Below are positions 28,470 to 39,847 of a stretch of 64,000 bases of DNA, piece by piece. The position numbers and the translations under genes were made by a program. Each line of letters begins with the position of its first letter. Positions within the stretch are counted from its first letter, which is position 1. The DNA comes from Eledone cirrhosa (taxonomy: Eukaryota): assembly GCA_964016885.1 (NCBI GenBank), contig OZ024747.1:2976001-3040000 (forward strand), in the 5' to 3' direction. The notes below the pieces were generated by a model. The model saw nothing but the letters and a program-made list of their open reading frames with translations, did not search any database and was not told the DNA's origin.

Positions 28470-30545
28470 CTACAAAGTCAGAAAACAGCACAGCTCCCAT
28501 CACTTTCGAAAACATTTTTTCACGCTCAGAGTTGCTGAAGCATGGAACAAACTACTTGCATCAGTTGTTAACTGTCGAGACACTGCATCCTTTAAAACCT
28601 CCATGGAACAAACTCCCTGCATCAGTTGTTAACTGTCGAGACACTGCATCCTTTAAAACCTCCATGGAACAAACTCCCTGCATCAGTTGTTAACTGTCGA
28701 GACACTGCATCCTTTAAAACCTCCATGGAACAAACTCCCTGCATCAGTTGTTAACTGTCGAGACACTGCATCCTTTAAAACCTCCATGGAACAAACTCCC
28801 TGCATCAGTTGTTAACTGTCGAGACACTGCATCCTTTAAAACCTCCATGGAACAAACTCCCTGCATCAGTTGTTAACTGTCGAGACACTGCATCCTTTAA
28901 AACCTCCATGGAACAAACTCCCTGCATCAGTTGTTAACTGTCGAGACACTGCATCCTTTAAAACCTCCATGGAACAAACTCCCTGCATCAGTTGTTAACT
29001 GTCGAGACACTGCATCCTTTAAAACCTCCATGGAACAAACTCCCTGCATCAGTTGTTAACTGTCGAGACACTGCATCCTTTAAAACCTCCATGGAACAAA
29101 CTCCCTGCATCAGTTGTTAACTGTCGAGACACTGCATCCTTTAAAACCTCCATGGAACAAACTCCCTGCATCAGTTGTTAACTGTCGAGACACTGCATCC
29201 TTTAAAACCTCCATGGAACAAACTACTTGCATCAGTTGTTAACTGTCGAGACACTGCATCCTTTAAAACCTCCATGGAACAAACTCCCTGCATCAGTTGT
29301 TAACTGTCGAGACACTGCATCCTTTAAAACCTCCATGGAACAAACTCCCTGCATCAGTTGTTAACTGTCGAGACACTGCATCCTTTAAAACCTCCATGGA
29401 ACAAACTCCCTGCATCAGTTGTTAACTGTCGAGACACTGCATCCTTTAAAACCTCCATGGAACAAACTCCCTGCATCAGTTGTTAACTGTCGAGACACTG
29501 CATCCTTTAAAACCTCCATGGAACAAACTCCCTGCATCAGTTGTTAACTGTCGAGACACTGCATCCTTTAAAACCTCCATGGAACAAACTCCCTGCATCA
29601 GTTGTTAACTGTCGAGACACTGCATCCTTTAAAACCTCCATGGAACAAACTCCCTGCATCAGTTGTTAACTGTCGAGACACTGCATCCTTTAAAACCTCC
29701 ATGGAACAAACTCCCTGCATCAGTTGTTAACTGTCGAGACACTGCATCCTTTAAAACCTCCATGGAACAAACTCCCTGCATCAGTTGTTAACTGTCGAGA
29801 CACTGCATCCTTTAAAACCTCCATGGAACAAACTCCCTGCATCAGTTGTTAACTGTCGAGACACTGCATCCTTTAAAACCTCCATGGAACAAACTACTTG
29901 CATCAGTTGTTAACTGTCGAGACACTGCATCCTTTAAAACCTCCATGGAACAAACTCCCTGCATCAGTTGTTAACTGTCGAGACACTGCATCCTTTAAAA
30001 CCTCCATGGAACAAACTACTTGCATCAGTTGTTAACTGTCGAGACACTGCATCCTTTAAAACCTCCATGGAACAAACTCCCTGCATCAGTTGTTAACTGT
30101 CGAGACACTGCATCCTTTAAAACCTCCATGGAACAAACTCCCTGCATCAGTTGTTAACTGTCGAGACACTGCATCCTTTAAAACCTCCATGGAACAAACT
30201 ACTTGCATCAGTTGTTAACTGTCGAGACACTGCATCCTTTAAAACCTCCATGGAACAAACTCCCTGCATCAGTTGTTAACTGTCGAGACACTGCATCCTT
30301 TAAAACCTCCATGGAACAAACTACTTGCATCAGTTGTTAGCTTTAAAACCTCCATGCTTCCTGAGATTCGCCAACACTACACCTGATGTCCCCTCCCCCT
30401 CCATACACATACACATATGTATTTCATGACTTGTACACTGTTAATTTTCCTGACATTTGTACATTATTCTATGTACTATACATGCACCTTTGATGAGTTG
30501 TAGTGCACCTGAGCACTACACAATAATTTAATTATTATTATTATA
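28470..30545 (+). mobile_element. CR1/L2-type LINE 3' end containing an internal tandem array
   Basis: Reads RKHFFTLRVAEAWNKL(P)ASVV...RDTASFKTSMLPEIRQHYT*, a typical CR1-group ORF2 C-terminus. A 3' UTR with (ATT)n tail follows. Related fragments at ~27300(-), 40590(+) and 60960(-). Confidence 0.8.
28541..30340. repeat. 61-bp minisatellite, ~29.5 copies
   Basis: Unit catggaacaaactccctgcatcagttgttaactgtcgagacactgcatcctttaaaacctc; the period of 61 shows as a 1-nt shift per 60-nt line. Confidence 0.97.
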
Positions 30546-31709
30546 ACAATTAACTATGTGTCTTTTTTGGGAGTGTGCTGCCGTCTCACATTTCTTATTC
30601 TAATGTCATATTTTAGATTCTTAGTTAGAGTGAAAATAGACTCAACATTATTATTTTCATTACTCAATGAATTATACTAGATCAATGAAATATATACATA
30701 GATTATTCTTCAGATTTCAATATTATATTAAAATTCTTATCTTAACTGTATAACTGTATAATATATTCAGATGTGTAATGAAATAATTTGGCACTATTAA
30801 TCTAATTTCAGATTTTTGGTCAGAATGCCATTTTAATTCTCCTTGTTCTTTTATGAAAAGTCTTGATAAATTCTGAATAAGAAATCAATAAAGTTGTTTG
30901 CTTACAATTCATTTATTTTCCCTCCTTTTACAACTCATTTGTTTCTTAAACGTTGTAATATAATATCACTTGTATTTATTCATATTTATTACATGCTTAA
31001 TTAAAGTTGTTCTTTTTTCATTCTATATTTAAAGTCTGAGAAACTTTAAAACAATTCTTATGGGGTTGATAAAATGAAGTACCAGTAAGGGATCAATTTC
31101 ATCGACTTTCCCCTCCCCTAAAATGGTTGGCCTTATGCGTAAATTAGAACAATTATTCTTTGATAAAAAAGGAAGTGGATTGGCATTATTGTTAGGGTGT
31201 CATATTAACCCATTTGATACCAATCCAGTAAAAAATACCTCTCTTTCTATCAAATAAAATCTCGTTTTAAAGGGTTCCTATTTAAATTTAAATTTTCCGA
31301 AATAATTTGACAAGAATCTTGTGTTACCTTTGTTTTTATTAAACAAAATTTCCCATTTTAAAGAGTTCTTATTTAAGTTGAAATTCTTTTTTTTCACTCA
31401 CTTATTCCGGAGAGGATCATGGGGCAGAGTCCTTAAAAACTCCTTCCAGTGGGCCCTGTCAGGAAGATGGGCCCCTCAGCCATCGGGGTCCTGACTCTTT
31501 TCCTATTACCCACTCTACTACCCTAAATATCGAGTACTCTGGTGTGTTATGGTCCACCTGGTTTCTTACCACACTTCCTTTGTTTTATATATATATATGT
31601 GTGTGTGTGTGTGTATATATATATGTATATATATATATACAGATCTGAAACAACATAGCTAAGTTGTAAGAAAACGAATGAAGACACACGCACATATGCA
31701 CTTACAGAT

Positions 31710-31750
<41 letters not shown>

Positions 31751-33789
31751 AGACCATTGGCACTGAATGCTTTTTTCTGGAATGAATGAAAGCCTTTTAG
31801 AAAGTTTTGACAGATTGCAGCATTTGTGTATGACAGACAGACAAAAAGTGATGTACAGTTATTATAGTATAGATTCATCACCCATCATCCATTTGTATAA
31901 GATACCAATACAGTAATTTCTCCTTACTAAGGGTCATCTCTCTCAGTTCATTTGTTCTGAAGTGAAAAAAGTTAATTTGGCACAACCAATCTTTGATATT
32001 TATATCAATATATATGAAATAGAGTTGTTTGATCTTCCCTAAGTCCAATTTTCATAGTCGGCATCTGTGGTCAGTGTAAGAGCCGGATTTATTGGTGGTG
32101 GGGATGGTGGTGGGGTGGATGAATGTCCTGGACACCCCTCATCAAACATAGGCACCTCTAGGAACAGCCCTGGGCCCTCACAAACTTGAACTGATATAAA
32201 ATGAAAACAATATATACAATCTTATATTGAGAAGTACCCAGCCCACACTGTCAATGTGGTTGGCGTTAGGAAGGGCATCCAGCAGTAGAAACCACTCTTA
32301 TATGAATGAGACACGGTCACCCGATCCAACTTGCCTCTAAATGGGACATACCCATCTAACCCATGCTAGTGTGGAAGATAGACGTTAACTGATGATGATG
32401 ATAATGATGACGATAATGATAATGATGATGATTCCTCACTCATGAAAGACTTGATTATAATACCATGCTCCTGTTTTCTGTGAAGAGAAAAAAATAATTT
32501 GGCTCTTAGATGTCTCCCTGAGTACACAATAACCACATGAATGGCTGCTTTGAAAATACTAAAATGATTTGCTTCACAAAACTCTAGGAACCTTGTGTAT
32601 AACTATAGTTTTGTTGGCACTAGTGTACTAGTCCTGCTATTTTTCAACATATTGTTGAAGTAAACAGCTCTGCTGGTAACACTGTTGTCATCACTTCTTA
32701 TATTGGCTTACACAACTACCTCATTAAGTCATTTTATTACTATAAAATCCTATTTTATTTTCACAATTTATAAATTTATTATACATTGCTTATTGACTTA
32801 GAAAGATTCTCAGTGATTTAAAAATGTTTCCATCAGAACATCAGACAAAAGAAACCTGTAGGAACTTGAAACTATGGCAAAAGTTTCACTCAACCTTAAT
32901 TTGAAATTTCTCACCCAACAGTTTTCAAATGACTTGACATTACGGTGGACAATTTTCAAATTAGAAAGAGACCATACAAAAATACCTGCTTATACACATA
33001 TATTTCAGGTCAGCTAACCAATATATTTATTAAAATTTATATTAACAAATCCTGATATATTTAAATTAGAAGTATAAGTATAGAATGAAATTCCCAAGAA
33101 ATATAAAACTTAATTTAATATTTTACAGACTAGAAGTAATACATTTCATTATAAAGTTTGGTAATCCCAGTCAGCTAGAAGAAGAAAAGATGAGTCAATG
33201 CTCACGTGGAACCAATAATCTTAACATCCACACACATGTATTACTAGAATTGTATAAATTATAATTTAAGAATAAATTATGCAATGTGTATTAAATACTA
33301 TAATTAGAGATGTAAGGACTGACACATCATTCTTAAGAAATAGAGCTAAGTTTCCTTCCCCCAAAACTAGATAGCTAATCAAAAATAAATAAATAAATAA
33401 AATCGAATCATGGCTGATGTAAGAGGATTAATGGATATATTCTAGATTTTCTACATTCTATCTATTTATTCTTCCTTATTAAACCCATCTTTCTCTCCCA
33501 AATCAATATTCAAATTCATTATGTTTTATTTGTTATTTCCTTTAAATTAAGAATGTTGTGTAAGAGAGTTGAGACTAAGAATGTAATTATTTTTATTGGG
33601 TGTCTAATTTCATAATGTTTTTTTTTATATGTAGTTGTATGTTTTTTTTTATATGTAGTTGTTCAAAGTTTTAAGATTTTGCCTTCATTCTTAATCCTTT
33701 GTATGCACTACAAAATTATATTCAATTTTAATCACAGTAAATACCTGTGTGTATATATGTGTATGTGACTTTGCATTTTATGTGTGTGC

Positions 33790-33845
<56 letters not shown>

Positions 33846-34125
33846 ATGTGTGATTGTATGTGTATGTATGTATGTATACACATATATGCACACATGTAGT
33901 TATCAAAAAAGAAGACGAGATTTTAAGTAATACTCAATATATACTAATTAATCAAACTGTACAGTTTATATTTTATATTTTAACTGTTGTTTTTTAATGG
34001 AATTTGGATGAAGAGCAATGATTAAAATAATATATATGTGTATGCTTAAATATATACACACATATATATATATGTAAATACTCACACTCACACACACGCA
34101 CACACATATATATATATATATATAT

Positions 34126-34305
34126 AACGAAGGAAATGTGGTAAGGAACCAGGTGGACCATAACGCACCAAAGTACTCAATACTTAGGGTAGTAGAGTGG
34201 GTAATAGGAACAAGTAAGACCCCGACGGCTGAGCTCAAGCCGTTTCGACGGCTAATTCTGTCGAAACAGCTTGAGCTCAGCCGTCGGGGTCTTACTTGTT
34301 CCTAT
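34126..34305. repeat. Fold-back element family C in TA microsatellite (copies also at 31481-31585, 40915-41108, 57326-57506, 58737-58946)
   Basis: Shared tail cctattacccactctactaccctaagtattgagtac...accacatttccttcgtt and hairpin accccgacggctgagctcaagccgtttcgac / gtcgaaacggcttgagctcagccgtcgggg. Confidence 0.9.
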
Positions 34306-34510
34306 TATATATATATATATATAGTAATATATTAAACTTTAATCTGTTATTTTAATAAATATATATATATATATATATATAATATATATATATATATACA
34401 TATATTTCTTTATAGATTTGACTTCTACAGGACTAGAAATGTTTCATTTATAAGATGATTTCTTTCTAATGAAACAGTTGTAGTCCTTTAGATGTCAAAA
34501 TGAATATATA

Positions 34511-35427
34511 TGAGGTGTGTCAGAAAAGTTCCAGGACTGATGTCACAAAAGATTTATTTCAAACCCAAACTTCACACTAAGAGTTTTCTCCTTCAAAGTA
34601 ACCCCCCTGGAGTATGTAACTGTAATCTTAGCTCTCTGCAGCGATCAAACTTTTTTCTTCACAATTTTATATACATGGCCTCTGTTTCAGGTCGTTAAGT
34701 AATGAGCACAGAGCAACGAACAAGCTTGAAGTTTCTGGTATGGTTGGGGAAAACTCCATCAGAAGCACTGGGATTGCTGCAGCAAGTGTATGGAGATGGC
34801 ACGATGACACGCTCACGTGATTTTGAGTGGTGCAAGAGGTTTAAAGAAGGACGCGAGGACGTGGAAGATGACCCCATGAGCGGAAGGCCCTCAACAACCA
34901 GGACTGAGGTCAACATTGAGCGCGTCAGGCAGATGGTGCGTAGCGATCGTCGGCTGACTGTTCGACTGATGGCAAATGAGCTGGGCATGAATCGGGACAG
35001 CTTCTGGAAGATTCTCACTGAAGATTTGGACATGCAGAAAGTCTGCGCGAAGATGGTGCCAAAACTGCTGAACGATGACCAGAAGGGTCGACGCATGCAA
35101 GTGTGCCAGGACATCCTCGAGCGTCTTGAAACCAAGCCAGACTTGCTAGAGACAGTCATCACCGGTGATGAGTCATGGATCTTCGAGTACGACCTGGAGG
35201 GGACCCGTTTTGAAGACGTGGACGACATCAAAAAGGCCGTGACGACGGAACTGCGGAGGATCACGGAAGAATCCATCCAGGAGTGCATGCAAGCATGGCA
35301 GAAAAGGTTGAAAAAGTGCATTAGACTCCAGGGGGATTACTTTGTAGGAGAAAACTCTTGGTGTGAAGTTTGGGTTTGAAATAAATCTTTTGTGACATCA
35401 GTCCTGGAACTTTTCTGGCACACCTCG
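34511..35427 (+). mobile_element. Mariner DNA transposon, internally deleted, ~103-bp TIRs, TA TSD
   Basis: TA|TGAGGTGTGTCAGAAAAGTTCCAGGAC...GTCCTGGAACTTTTCTGGCACACCTCG|TA; TIRs at 34511-34613 and 35325-35427. Confidence 0.93.
34702..35379 (+). CDS. Mariner transposase with in-frame deletion of most of the catalytic domain (225 aa)
   Basis: HTH region EQRTSLKF...EWCKRFKEGREDVEDDPMSGRP, then AKMVPKLL and ITGDESW, fused directly to LEGTRF...WQKRLKKCIRLQGDYF. The HDNA and YSPDL motifs are absent. Confidence 0.85.
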   Translation: MSTEQRTSLKFLVWLGKTPSEALGLLQQVYGDGTMTRSRDFEWCKRFKEGREDVEDDPMSGRPSTTRTEVNIERVRQMVRSDRRLTVRLMANELGMNRDSFWKILTEDLDMQKVCAKMVPKLLNDDQKGRRMQVCQDILERLETKPDLLETVITGDESWIFEYDLEGTRFEDVDDIKKAVTTELRRITEESIQECMQAWQKRLKKCIRLQGDYFVGENSWCEVWV

Positions 35428-37110
35428 TATATATATACACATATATATATATGTATATAGTGCCAGATTTACCATTGTGTTTAGGTGTGCTGAAGCACAG
35501 GGTCCCATTGGCTAGGGTGGGAGGGGTCCATCTTCCTGCCCCAAAATTTTTTATGATGAATATTTCAGGTTTTTGAGGCCTCATAACTTAACTAGCAGAA
35601 GGCCTAATTTGTCTTAAACCTGTATAATTAATGCTAGTGGTATATTTTTAAAGTAGTTCTCAATATTTATATTAACTTTTCAAATGTATAAAAGTTATTA
35701 GTAAAACAAGTAGTATCTGACAGTATTAGATGATTTAACATTGGAAAAAGGTAAGACTTCATAAGGAGTAGTATCTTAATAATTATCCAAAGCATTTTAT
35801 AAAGTTTCATGAATTCCTTCCACGTGTTTAAGAAAAGAAATGTACTCTAAATAGACTATAAATCATTTTTAGTAATACAATACTCTATAAAATAGCGGTA
35901 GAAATAACAAAGGAATTTGGCATTTATCATCTGTTAAATACAGGTTGTAGTTGGTGGTAAAGATAAAAAGCTTTATTGCAACTCTTGCTTCTACATTTAA
36001 AATTGACTGATGTCAGCTCTGCTCTTCCTCATATATGAGTTGGATAGAATACATCTTACTAATATATGGGGTAATTTTATTGAAATATATTATTTCTATC
36101 TTCCAAAAATAATCTGTGTGCTTGAAAGAATTGGCTATGTGATAAATGTGATATATGAATCAGAGAAAGAAAGTTTAGAAGAGCTACAAATATGAAGTCA
36201 ACTTGGATTCAAAGATAATAAGCTAGCGAAGGTTTATTTACGAGTATAGAATGAAAAGATGAACTAAACTGGAACAATAAAGACTAGAGAATAATAATTA
36301 GAATCTGATGAAGTGGTACAGAGAAAATTTGAGTAAAGGAGAAATAATGATATGACCAGCCTGGCTAATGTGACTGAGTTAGTCATGCATAAGGATCTAA
36401 TCCATACCAGCAACATGTGAAATTGATGAATAGGATCACAAGAAATATTCTACATTCTAAATAGCAGCATAGAAAATAATAGAACTCTAATGATGGTTCA
36501 TGAGTTAGGCTCAAGGTCAGCAATTTTAGGGAAGGGGAAAGTTGATTAAATTAATCCCAGTATGTAACTAGTACTTTATTTAGACACAAATCAACCCCAG
36601 TGTGTGTCTGGTACATTATTTTATCAGCCCTGTTAGGATGAAAGGCAAAGCTTACCTTGGCAGGATTTGAACTCAGAATGTAGAAAACATTTTTTTTTAA
36701 ATAACAAGTTTCAAGCTTATAAAAATTGAAAACGCAAAAAAAAACCCACTAAAATCAAGTCATTTTAACTTGAGTAAAAAATATTCCTGGTAAAATACAA
36801 GAGTCACTCACAATAGATAGGTGAGTTGTGTAAATTAGTTGAGTCACTCACAATGGCTAGGTGAGTGTGAGCATTGGTTTCTGATTTAGGCACAAGGCCA
36901 ACTATTTTAGGGGAGGGAAAGTCAATTATAAAAATAACCAAAACAAAACTTTATGAGATTTATTCAATATTTTTGATTCATGTAAAATTATTTATCTCAA
37001 TATCAATGATGGTAAATGCATTCTTTTAAAATGTATTATTCTATTAATAGCATGAAAATGCATAATTTCCTTTTAATGTTTTAATTTTTTTTATACATTT
37101 GAGCCTTCAG

Positions 37111-37261
37111 GAGTCAATGATGACATCTTGTATTGGTAAAGAAAAAGAACACATGTTTATGATTCCTGACCAATTCAGTGAACAAATGTCAATATCTTCG
37201 AATGTTGAAAATGGTCACGGTTGGATTGAATCAGATACTGTACTCTACGAAACATTACCAG
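37111..37261 (+). CDS. Probable second coding exon (cytoplasmic) of the protocadherin: ESMMTSCIGKEKEHMFMIPDQFSEQMSISSNVENGHGWIESDTVLYETLP
   Basis: T-rich tract plus ccttcag| acceptor at 37110, in phase 0 matching the 8266 donor. Donor G|GTAAGT at 37261/37262. The S-S-x-x-ENGHG segment resembles the DSGxG motif of protocadherin tails. Confidence 0.75.
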
Positions 37262-37314
37262 GTAAGTCGATTGAGATCTTGTATTATTTATAATCTTTTA
37301 CTATTTTTGAAATA

Positions 37315-38288
37315 CTGTATATACTCAAATATAAGTCCATTCAAATATAAGCCAACCCATATTTAACCCTTTAGCATTTAAACTGGCCATATCTAGCCAG
37401 AACACTCTCTCCTGTTTCTGTTTAAACCGGCTGTAACTGGCCACTTATACTGACGTTAAGGTATTGTTCTCAAAATAAATAATATCAAAATCTCATAGAT
37501 AATTATATGAGGTAAAGCCTTTACTGTGAAAATATAACGGTAAATATAGAATAATGTAAAGGCTAAAGGGTTAATGTCTGAGAAATAGACAAAAATCCAG
37601 ACCCTGTTTATAAGCTAAGGCAGATAATCATTACATTATATTTAGTTGAAGTGTTTTGCTCAAAAATACAACACACATCCCAGCCCAGGAAGGCCAACAC
37701 CATTACTTCATTTTATGTTGCTCCACTATACTCAGCATAAAATGAGTATCAACAATAGCTGGGGGTTTAACACTATGATGGACTAGAATCCTGTCCAGGG
37801 GGTAGTCTTGTATTCACTTCACTCCATGGAAACTAGGATAAGCACCAGCCTGATGAACTTCTGAGTTCGAGACAGAATTTAGATTTTAGACTATATTTAG
37901 ATGGTGCAGTTTTGAAATTCTCATGAGTGAATAATATATTTAAGAAGTTTTAACATTTTGATATTTAAAGTGTTGTTTAGAGTATAGTTTTTACCTCACC
38001 ACTCCATTACATAAAGATCCTTTACTAATTTTCCACCGTTTTGAAGTCATATTCATTCAAAACACAAATTCAAAACACAAAAAAAAAAAACCAATAGGAA
38101 ATGTGAACTTCAAAATGAAACCAGTGTAATATTCATCTTCGAACCAAATATATTTTAGCACCTCATTTACGGAGGATTTGTTACTTGGGGAAAATTAACA
38201 AAACATTGATCCCAAATATAAGTTGACCACTCATTTTGCCATTGATTTTTCTTGTCATACTTTTTGGCTTATATATGAATATATACAA
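37315..38288. mobile_element. Old Tc2/pogo-like non-autonomous element hosting nested insertions
   Basis: Ends ctgtatatactcaaatataagtcc and ggcttatatatgaatatataca form imperfect TIRs. Confidence 0.5.
37367..37570. mobile_element. piggyBac-type MITE
   Basis: TTAA|CCCTTTAGC ... GCTAAAGGG|TTAA. Confidence 0.75.
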
Positions 38289-38542
38289 TCATTTTTTTTA
38301 CATAATAAAATATATAAAATATAACTGGTTTCGATGTATCGATGTAATGCATCTTATCAAATGTTGAATATTACAATTAAAAGGAATTAAAAAAGAATTA
38401 AAATTTTTTAATTAACTGTTGAAGAAGGTCTGTACATCTTTCTTGTTGAGAAAGATAAAAAGACCTTCTGCATCACTTAATTTTAAATTTTAAATTTTTA
38501 ATTCTTTTTAATTTTTTTAAATTCTTTTTAATTGTAATGCCC

Positions 38543-38590
38543 AACATTTGATAAGATGGTTTACACTGATACATCGAAACCGGTTATATT
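38543..38590 (+). ncRNA. Hammerhead motif (U3-A8) in the right arm of inverted repeat 38306-38603
   Basis: AACAU UUGAUAA GAUG-(13 nt)-CAUC GAAAC-CG-GUU AUAUU; mirror copy on the minus strand at 38318-38365. Confidence 0.6.
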
Positions 38591-39266
38591 TTATATATTT
38601 TATATACATTATAAAACTCTCTTTTTTAAAAGAATTGTTCCTCTCATCTTTTCAATAATGTCACTTTGACGGATTCAAGAAGAAAAAAAAGAAAAACAGA
38701 TTCTTTAAATATATTTTCCGTGCTGTTTCCAATTCCACTTTTTCTCTATAACCTTTGTTTTGTATAGACCTTACTTCCTTTTCAAATATATGTATATAGA
38801 TATATAATGGTGGTGCTCCAGCATGGCCTCAGCCTGGAACACTATATTCATATATATATATAAATATATATATATATGTGTATATAATTACTTCAGTATT
38901 GAGTACTCATTCTCATGTCTGTCAATATTACACACACATATTCAATCCAGGGCTTTTTTCACTCCTACCAGAGGAACCCCTCTCTGATTGACCCCCCACC
39001 ATTTTCTGTTTTTGGTTTTTGGTCATGTCATATATACATATGTATCATTTTCATCATCATTTCATTTTACGTCCGCTTTTTCCCTGCTTGCAAGGGTGGG
39101 ACGGGGACTGATTCTGGCTTGATTTCTACAGCTGGATGCCCTTCCTAACACCAACCTCATTTACAGTGAGTGCTGGGTGCTTTTTTGCCGTGGCACCTCC
39201 ACAACCACTTTGCAGTGGAGTGATATGGACCACAGTCCTATCATCTCATTTCTACAGCTGAGTAAA

Positions 39267-39316
<50 letters not shown>

Positions 39317-39438
39317 GTAGATAAATCTACCAAAAGTTTACGGTAGTGTCCAATCCGTATGAAGAACTCAATGTAATCTGGATATCATGAAAAGAAGAGA
39401 TCACTTTCGGTGAAAGATAAACGGAATACAGAGTCAAG

Positions 39439-39847
39439 ATAAAATATAAAAAAAAATAATGAATAAAACAATGAAACAGTTCCTTATATTAAACAAAAAA
39501 AGTTCATTATTTAATGATCGTTTCTAGGACATATATGTGTTAGAATTGGCATGCATATTCAAAAGATCTATGTACAAAATTATACAAACTATCAAAGAGA
39601 ATATACATACCAACACATATATATGCTGTCTTCAGAAATAATAATTATTTCTGAAGACAGCATATATATGTGTTGGTATGTATATTCTCTTTGATAGTTT
39701 GTATAATTTTGTACATAGATCTTTTGAATATGCATGCCAATTCTAACACATATATGTCCTAGAAACGATCATTAAATAATGAACTTTTTTTGTTTAATAT
39801 AAGGAACTGTTTCATTGTTTTATTCATTATTTTTTTAAATATTTTAT
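39439..39847. repeat. Near-perfect palindrome (~200-bp arms, 1-nt loop at 39643)
   Basis: The arms are reverse complements base for base over most of their length. Confidence 0.95.
39644..39780 (+). ncRNA. Hammerhead motif with long stem II, in a ~200-bp-arm perfect hairpin
   Basis: AUUAUUU CUGAAGA [~104-nt stem II with catatatatgtgtt/aacacatatatg arms] GAAAC-GAUC-AUU AAAUAAU. Stem I is a perfect 7 bp. Confidence 0.6.

Noticed and set aside
28541-30340. CRISPR-like regular array (also 11645-12390 and 17064-18138)
   Set aside because: The units are contiguous with no unique spacers, there are no cas genes, the context is eukaryotic, and the units derive from retroelements.
34695-35321. 208-aa minus-strand ORF
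   Set aside because: It is the antisense shadow of the GC-rich mariner transposase ORF.
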